This document shows, piece by piece, positions 27,013-32,000 of a stretch of DNA of 32,000 bases (within the stretch, counting starts at the first letter, position 1; every line of letters begins with the position of its first letter). Made by a program: the position numbers and the translations under genes. The stretch lies in NCBI RefSeq assembly GCF_000175255.2, contig NC_017262.1:210001-242000 (forward strand), written 5' to 3'. Source of the stretch: Zymomonas mobilis subsp. mobilis ATCC 10988 (GTDB lineage Bacteria > Pseudomonadota > Alphaproteobacteria > Sphingomonadales > Sphingomonadaceae). The notes below the pieces were generated by a model that was given only the letters and a program-made list of their open reading frames with translations, did no database searches and was not told the origin of the DNA.

Positions 27013-28491
27013 TCAGGCAAAAACAGCTTTCTTTTTGGCCTTGGTCGGTGCGTCCTGTTTGTCCTGCTGGCGGGTTGCTAACCATTGATGCATCTGTTCG
27101 CTTGCGACCAGACCGTCACGGATGGCCCAAACCACAAGGCTGGCACCGCGGACAATATCACCAGCAGCAAAGACCCCTTCGATGCTAGTCTGTAATGTGA
27201 CCGGATCAGCCTCTACGGTTCCCCAAGGGGTAACCGATAATTCCGGCGCATTGAAAAGCGTTGGCAGGTCTTCCGGTGAAAAACCCAAAGCGCAAATGAC
27301 AAGATCCGCATCCATGTCAAAAAGACGTGCTGGATCAGGTTCAGGAGAACGACGGCCAGAACCATCTGGCGCACCCAGGCGCATTCCACGGACTTTTACA
27401 GATTGAACATGGTCTTTTCCGACAAAAGATTCCGGTGCAGATAGCCAGACAAATTCTGCGCCTTCATCCTCGGCATTTTTTACTTCGCGTGCGGAACCGG
27501 GCATATTGACTCGATCGCGACGATAGAGGCAGCGGACAGATTCTGCACCCTGACGGATAGCCGTTCTGACGCAGTCCATTGCGGTATCACCACCACCGAT
27601 AACCACTACTTTTTTACCCTTGGCATCAAGGGTGCCATTATCAAAGGCTTCGACCTTGTCACCAAAAGATTTCCGGTTGGAGCTAATCAGGAAATCCAGC
27701 GCATCAACAATACCGTTTAATTCTTTTCCGGGGGTAGCCAGACCGCGGGCTTTATAAACACCGGTTGCGATCAGAATAGCCGCGTGGCGCTCACGCAATT
27801 CTTCAAGGCTGGCATCTTTACCGACGTGGAAATTGGTATGGAAGGTGACACCCCCATCGGCTAACCGTTTAACACGGCGTGCAACAATGTCTTTTTCGAG
27901 TTTGAAGCCCGGAATACCATAGGTCAAAAGGCCACCGGCACGATCATGGCGATCATAAACATGCACCTGATACCCTTGCTGCCGTAATTTTTCAGCCGCC
28001 GTCAATCCGGCAGGCCCTGAACCGATAATACCAACCGAAATACCAAGTTCAGTTATAGGCTGTAAGGGTTCAACCCAACCTTCTTTCCATGCCGTATCGG
28101 TGATGTATTTTTCAACCGATCCAATGGTTACAGCGCCATGACCGGAATTCTCAATAACGCAGTTACCTTCACAAAGACGGTCTTGCGGGCAAATGCGGCC
28201 ACAAATTTCCGGCATGGTCGAGGTTGCACTGGAAAGGGCATAAGCATCCTGCAACCGGCCTTCTGCCGTCATTTTTAGCCAGTCTGGAATATTGTTATGC
28301 AGCGGACAGTAAGCTGAACAATAAGGCACCCCACATTGAGAACAACGGGATGCCTGACAGCTCGCCTGTTCGTCAGAGAAAGACCGATAAATCTCGTTAA
28401 AGTCTTTGTCTCTTTCCTGTGCTGATCGTTTTTCAGGATAGGCCTGTTTCAGATGAACAAAGGACAGCATTTTATTTTGCGCCATAATCAA
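27013..28491 (-). CDS. gltD: Glutamate synthase (NADPH) small subunit
   Basis: 492 aa with CSQCGVPYCSAYCPLHNNIPDWL, ICPQDRLCEGNCV, VGIIGSGPAGLTAAEKL and VVIGGGDTAMDCVRTA. Confidence 0.96.
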   Translation of the reverse strand: MIMAQNKMLSFVHLKQAYPEKRSAQERDKDFNEIYRSFSDEQASCQASRCSQCGVPYCSAYCPLHNNIPDWLKMTAEGRLQDAYALSSATSTMPEICGRICPQDRLCEGNCVIENSGHGAVTIGSVEKYITDTAWKEGWVEPLQPITELGISVGIIGSGPAGLTAAEKLRQQGYQVHVYDRHDRAGGLLTYGIPGFKLEKDIVARRVKRLADGGVTFHTNFHVGKDASLEELRERHAAILIATGVYKARGLATPGKELNGIVDALDFLISSNRKSFGDKVEAFDNGTLDAKGKKVVVIGGGDTAMDCVRTAIRQGAESVRCLYRRDRVNMPGSAREVKNAEDEGAEFVWLSAPESFVGKDHVQSVKVRGMRLGAPDGSGRRSPEPDPARLFDMDADLVICALGFSPEDLPTLFNAPELSVTPWGTVEADPVTLQTSIEGVFAAGDIVRGASLVVWAIRDGLVASEQMHQWLATRQQDKQDAPTKAKKKAVFA

Positions 28492-28642
28492 TTTCCTTCA
28501 TGACAAGCGACATAATTATTTTTTTCCACCAAGTCACGCACAAAAATACATATAAGGCAGTATTACTGTCCTTGTTTTTGCAAAAAATGATATATTTTCT
28601 CAAATTTTCTTTTTGAGAATGAATATTAGTTCCGATTTGAGA

Positions 28643-29446
28643 CTAATTAAACAAGAGAAAAGCAAAAGCTACCAGACCGATAATAATCCGATACCAAGCA
28701 AAGGGCGCAAAACCGCGGCGGGTGACGATTTCCAAAAATAATTTGATAACAATCAAGGCCGTCACAAAAGAAATTACAAAGCCAAGGCTGATTTCACCAA
28801 AATCCGCGATATGAAGATTGTGACGCTGTTCCCATAATTCTTTGACGGTAGCGGCCAGCATGACCGGAATAGCTAGAAAGAAGCTATATTCAGTGGCTGT
28901 TTTACGATCGATACCCAGACATAACGCGCCCATAATCGTGGCACCGGAACGGCTGACCCCGGGGATCATCGCCAGACATTGCGCTAAGCCAACCAGAACG
29001 GCTTTGTGAGCCGGAATAGATTGCACCGAGGTATTCTCGGGATGAGATGATTCGCGATCAATGATTAACATCGCGATACCACCGACAAATAAGGCAATTG
29101 CAACCACCATTGGTTTTTCCAATAGGGCTTTGACGGCATGATAGGCGATAGCCCCGACAATAACGGTCGGAATAAAACCGCAAAGAATATTTCTGACAAA
29201 ATGCCATGAAGATGTGGAATGCTGAAACAACCCTTTGGCAATATTCAGGAATCGTTCCCAATAAAAAACGATGACGGCTAAGATAGCGCCGAGTTGGATA
29301 ATAATATCAAAGCTGGCGGAATTGGCACCATGGGCGCCTAACAGCCTTTCAGCGAGGATAAGGTGACCGGTCGAGGAGACCGGAATAAATTCCGTGACAC
29401 CTTCCAGAATACCAAGCAAAATAATCGTCAACAAAGAGTCATGCAT
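28643..29446 (-). CDS. uppP: Undecaprenyl-diphosphatase (BacA/UppP)
   Basis: [20 protein letters not shown] and [21 protein letters not shown] family motifs; polytopic membrane protein. Confidence 0.95.
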
Positions 29447-29556
29447 AAGATAAAGCTGTCCATATTGAGGGTGAGAGCAAAAAAATTTACGCTGCTTTCA
29501 CATAAATGATTGACAGATGCTAGAGATGTCTACTAAAGACGCGCCACACCCCAAAT

Positions 29557-29644
<88 letters not shown>

Positions 29645-29686
29645 TCCCTTTCTAGGGATTCTCCCTTGATAGTCTATTAAAGATAT

Positions 29687-29711
29687 GAGCCGTTTTGAGG
29701 CTCTTTTTTTT
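29687..29711 (+). terminator. Terminator downstream of tRNA-Leu(CAG)
   Basis: GAGCC (29687-29691) pairs with GGCTC (29699-29703), followed by a T run. Confidence 0.75.
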
Positions 29712-29867
29712 GCCTAAAGCTAAATAGGCTAGAAAACCCCAAATCCACTCAAATAAAGATTTCTAAATCAGAATTTCTGTCTGCTCTTTATTCAATTATA
29801 TTAACCTTAATCGGGAAAAATCCTTTTTTCTGTCATTTTCTCTCAAAAAGATAACCCACGCAGCTAG

Positions 29868-30488
29868 TCAGGATGCAGCCAAAAAATTGCGTGCTATGGT
29901 CAAATCCTGCTGCATCGCCTGATAGGCTCTCTGCCGACCTTCTTCGCTCGCTTGGCGTAAGATATAAGAAGGGTGATAGGTCACAATGAAAGGTGCCGCT
30001 GCTTTTCCCAAGGTCAGAATTTTTCCCCGTAAAGACCCTAAGGTCTGCTTTTTTCCGGTCAAAGCCAGCACCGCCGTCCCGCCTAGGGCTATGGTCAAGC
30101 GTGGTTTTAACAAACGCCATTCCTGTCTTAACCAATATCGACAGCAATCTACTTCTTCAGGGGCGGGGGTCTGATGAATACGTCTTTCCCCTTTTAACCA
30201 GAATTTGAAATGCTTGACGGCATTGGTCAGATAAATTTCTTCCCTTGGCCAACCGATAGAGGCCATGACCTCATCAAAAACCTGTCCGGCAGGGCCTACG
30301 AAAGGCCGTCCCGCTAAATCTTCCTGATCTCCGGGCTGTTCACCCACAAAAATAACTGGGCTTGTGTGAGAGCCTTCACCGCAAACTACCTGTGTTGCTT
30401 TTTGGTAAAGAGCGCAGCGCGTGCAGTGATGCAAAGCCTCCGTCAGATCTTCCCATGACGGTGCTTTCTTGACGGCCGCTTCTGACAT
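29868..30488 (-). CDS. UdgX-like uracil-DNA glycosylase (Fe-S UDG superfamily)
   Basis: CTRCALYQKATQVVCG, VGEQPGDQEDLAGRPFVGPAGQVFDEV, LTNAVKHFKFWLKGERRIHQTP and FIVTYHPSYILR. The family-specific RRIH loop is present, encoded within 30171-30188. Confidence 0.88.
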   Translation of the reverse strand: MSEAAVKKAPSWEDLTEALHHCTRCALYQKATQVVCGEGSHTSPVIFVGEQPGDQEDLAGRPFVGPAGQVFDEVMASIGWPREEIYLTNAVKHFKFWLKGERRIHQTPAPEEVDCCRYWLRQEWRLLKPRLTIALGGTAVLALTGKKQTLGSLRGKILTLGKAAAPFIVTYHPSYILRQASEEGRQRAYQAMQQDLTIARNFLAAS

Positions 30489-30544
30489 TTTTCAGCCTAT
30501 CCTTTGGTCTTTCTTTTAAAAAGGCTCATTACTGGAATAAAAGA

Positions 30545-30593
30545 TAAAAAAACACCTTGTTTCGAATGGAAGTATCCCACCCGAAACAAGGTG
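30545..30593 (-). terminator. Strong terminator of ndh
   Basis: 12-bp stem CACCTTGTTTCG (30553-30564) / CGAAACAAGGTG (30582-30593), followed on the minus strand by a T tract. Confidence 0.9.
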
Positions 30594-30618
30594 CTACAAA
30601 AGTCTTCTGCGTCAAATA

Positions 30619-31944
30619 TCAGTATAATTTGACTTTAGGGCGTAACATGCTGTGCGCCATAGCGGCGGCAAGAACAGCCGAGCCTTTGACCCATCCATGA
30701 ATAGCCAACAAATGCAGGCGATAGAGCGAGTTATAGAAGAAGCGGGCAATCCGGCCTTTAACGACGCGTTTACCAACATTTTTCTTCCCACTCAGGCTTA
30801 AATCGCCAATAGCGGCAAACCGGCTAAGGGAAAGCAACGTGCCATAATCGCGATAAGCGAAATCTTTAAGCGGTTCACCTTTCCGCAAACGAACGATATT
30901 TTCAAAAACTGTATCGGCCATCTGATGGGCAGCCTGCGCGCGCGGCGGCACTGGGCGTTCAGCTTCAGGCAATTTGCATGAACAGCAATCGCCCATAGCG
31001 AAAATACGATCATCCGTCGTGCTTTGTAAGGTTGGCTTCACGATAATCTGGTTGCTGCGGGCAACTTCCAAACCTTCGACCTTGGACAGGAAATCAGGCG
31101 CTTTCACCCCAGCCGCCCAAAGCTGGATATCGCTTTCAATGGTCTGGCCATCTTTGGTCTTGATAAAACCTTCACCGGCTTCAACAACCATCGTGTTGGT
31201 TTTGATATCAACGCCCAAACGCTGTAAAACCGTATGAGCATCCTCGGCCATAAATTCAGGTAAAGGTGCCAAGATACGAGGGGCTGCCTCGACCAAGGTT
31301 ACTTGCATACAATTGGCACCGAATTTTTCGAGGCCAAAATTACCCAGTTCAATGGCGGTATTGTATAATTCAGCCGATAATTCGACACCGGTCGCCCCTG
31401 CGCCGATAACCGTTACTCTGACTGGTTTTTCCATACCCGGTTGAGCAATCATGGTTCTGGATGCGCTCGCACAAGCGTCAAAGAGATGTTCGCGAAAACG
31501 GTCAGCCTGAGCGCGGCTATCCAAAAACAGACAGTTCTCTCTTACACCTGGCGTATTGAAATCATTGGCGACCGAACCCAAGGCCAAAACCAGATAATCA
31601 TAACGGAGACGTTCCTGATCGCTGATTTTATGGCCTTCTTCATCCACTAAAGGCTCAAGGATGATTTCATGATTTTTACGGTCGATATCTTCCAATGTCC
31701 CACGGACATAGTGATATCCCCAATGCTTACCGTGATAACGATAGCTGACTTCATCCAGATCGGCATCTAATGCGCCGGTGGCAACTTCATGGAACAGAGG
31801 TTTCCAAACATGGGTTGGGCTACGGTCAACCAGAATGACGTCGGCCTCTTTCCCGAAACGTTCCCCCAAAGCACGCACCAACTGCAATCCACCGGCACCG
31901 CCACCCACGACAACAATGCGGTCAGGTCTACCATTCTTCGACAT
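30619..31944 (-). CDS. ndh: Type II NADH dehydrogenase (non-proton-pumping)
   Basis: 441 aa with the FAD motif RIVVVGGGAGGLQLVRALGERFG, the NAD motif VRVTVIGAGATGVELSAELYN, and IFAMGDCCSCKLPEAERPVPPRAQAAHQMA. Confidence 0.94.
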   Translation of the reverse strand: MSKNGRPDRIVVVGGGAGGLQLVRALGERFGKEADVILVDRSPTHVWKPLFHEVATGALDADLDEVSYRYHGKHWGYHYVRGTLEDIDRKNHEIILEPLVDEEGHKISDQERLRYDYLVLALGSVANDFNTPGVRENCLFLDSRAQADRFREHLFDACASASRTMIAQPGMEKPVRVTVIGAGATGVELSAELYNTAIELGNFGLEKFGANCMQVTLVEAAPRILAPLPEFMAEDAHTVLQRLGVDIKTNTMVVEAGEGFIKTKDGQTIESDIQLWAAGVKAPDFLSKVEGLEVARSNQIIVKPTLQSTTDDRIFAMGDCCSCKLPEAERPVPPRAQAAHQMADTVFENIVRLRKGEPLKDFAYRDYGTLLSLSRFAAIGDLSLSGKKNVGKRVVKGRIARFFYNSLYRLHLLAIHGWVKGSAVLAAAMAHSMLRPKVKLY

Positions 31945-32000
31945 TTGAAACCTCTATTCTCTTCCAAGCGACCCAGCCCCCTTTGGCGTGGTGGTTTGCG

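Noticed and set aside
29833-30147. 104 aa minus-strand ORF overlapping the UDG gene
   Set aside because: Overlaps the well-supported UdgX-like gene in another frame and has no domain signature.

Overview
This 32 kb window looks like ordinary alphaproteobacterial core chromosome. Gene content and protein character suggest Zymomonas mobilis, but that is an inference I could not check by search. I assigned these loci from the sequence: ilvC (5' end only)-ilvH-ilvB, miaA<>serB (divergent), a tri-heme cytochrome c peroxidase, a pmbA/tldE-like gene, a DMT permease plus beta-carbonic anhydrase, lipA-coq10-like, one complete IS5-family (IS427-like) element, a stand-alone cinA C-terminal-domain gene, a secreted hypothetical, ispDF, dusB, an NtrC C-terminal-like HTH ORF, ntrY-ntrX, tRNA-Leu(GAG), ihfA-merR-like, a GST, gltD-gltB, uppP, tRNA-Leu(CAG), a UdgX-like uracil-DNA glycosylase, and ndh (type II). 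I found no CRISPR array, prophage, toxin-antitoxin island or defence island, and nothing that convincingly looks like a new multi-gene system. The best leads are: (1) an NtrC reduced to its DNA-binding end, with NtrB missing and a neighbouring NtrX that lacks GAFTGA; (2) a possible + strand structured RNA between ntrX and tRNA-Leu with its own terminator; (3) a UdgX-type glycosylase with the RRIH motif; (4) a three-heme peroxidase; (5) an intact IS with a T TTC CCC -1 frameshift site, inserted between hairpins of two convergent genes; (6) the 8-bp miaA/serB start overlap; and (7) leader or operator dyads upstream of ilvB and gltD.
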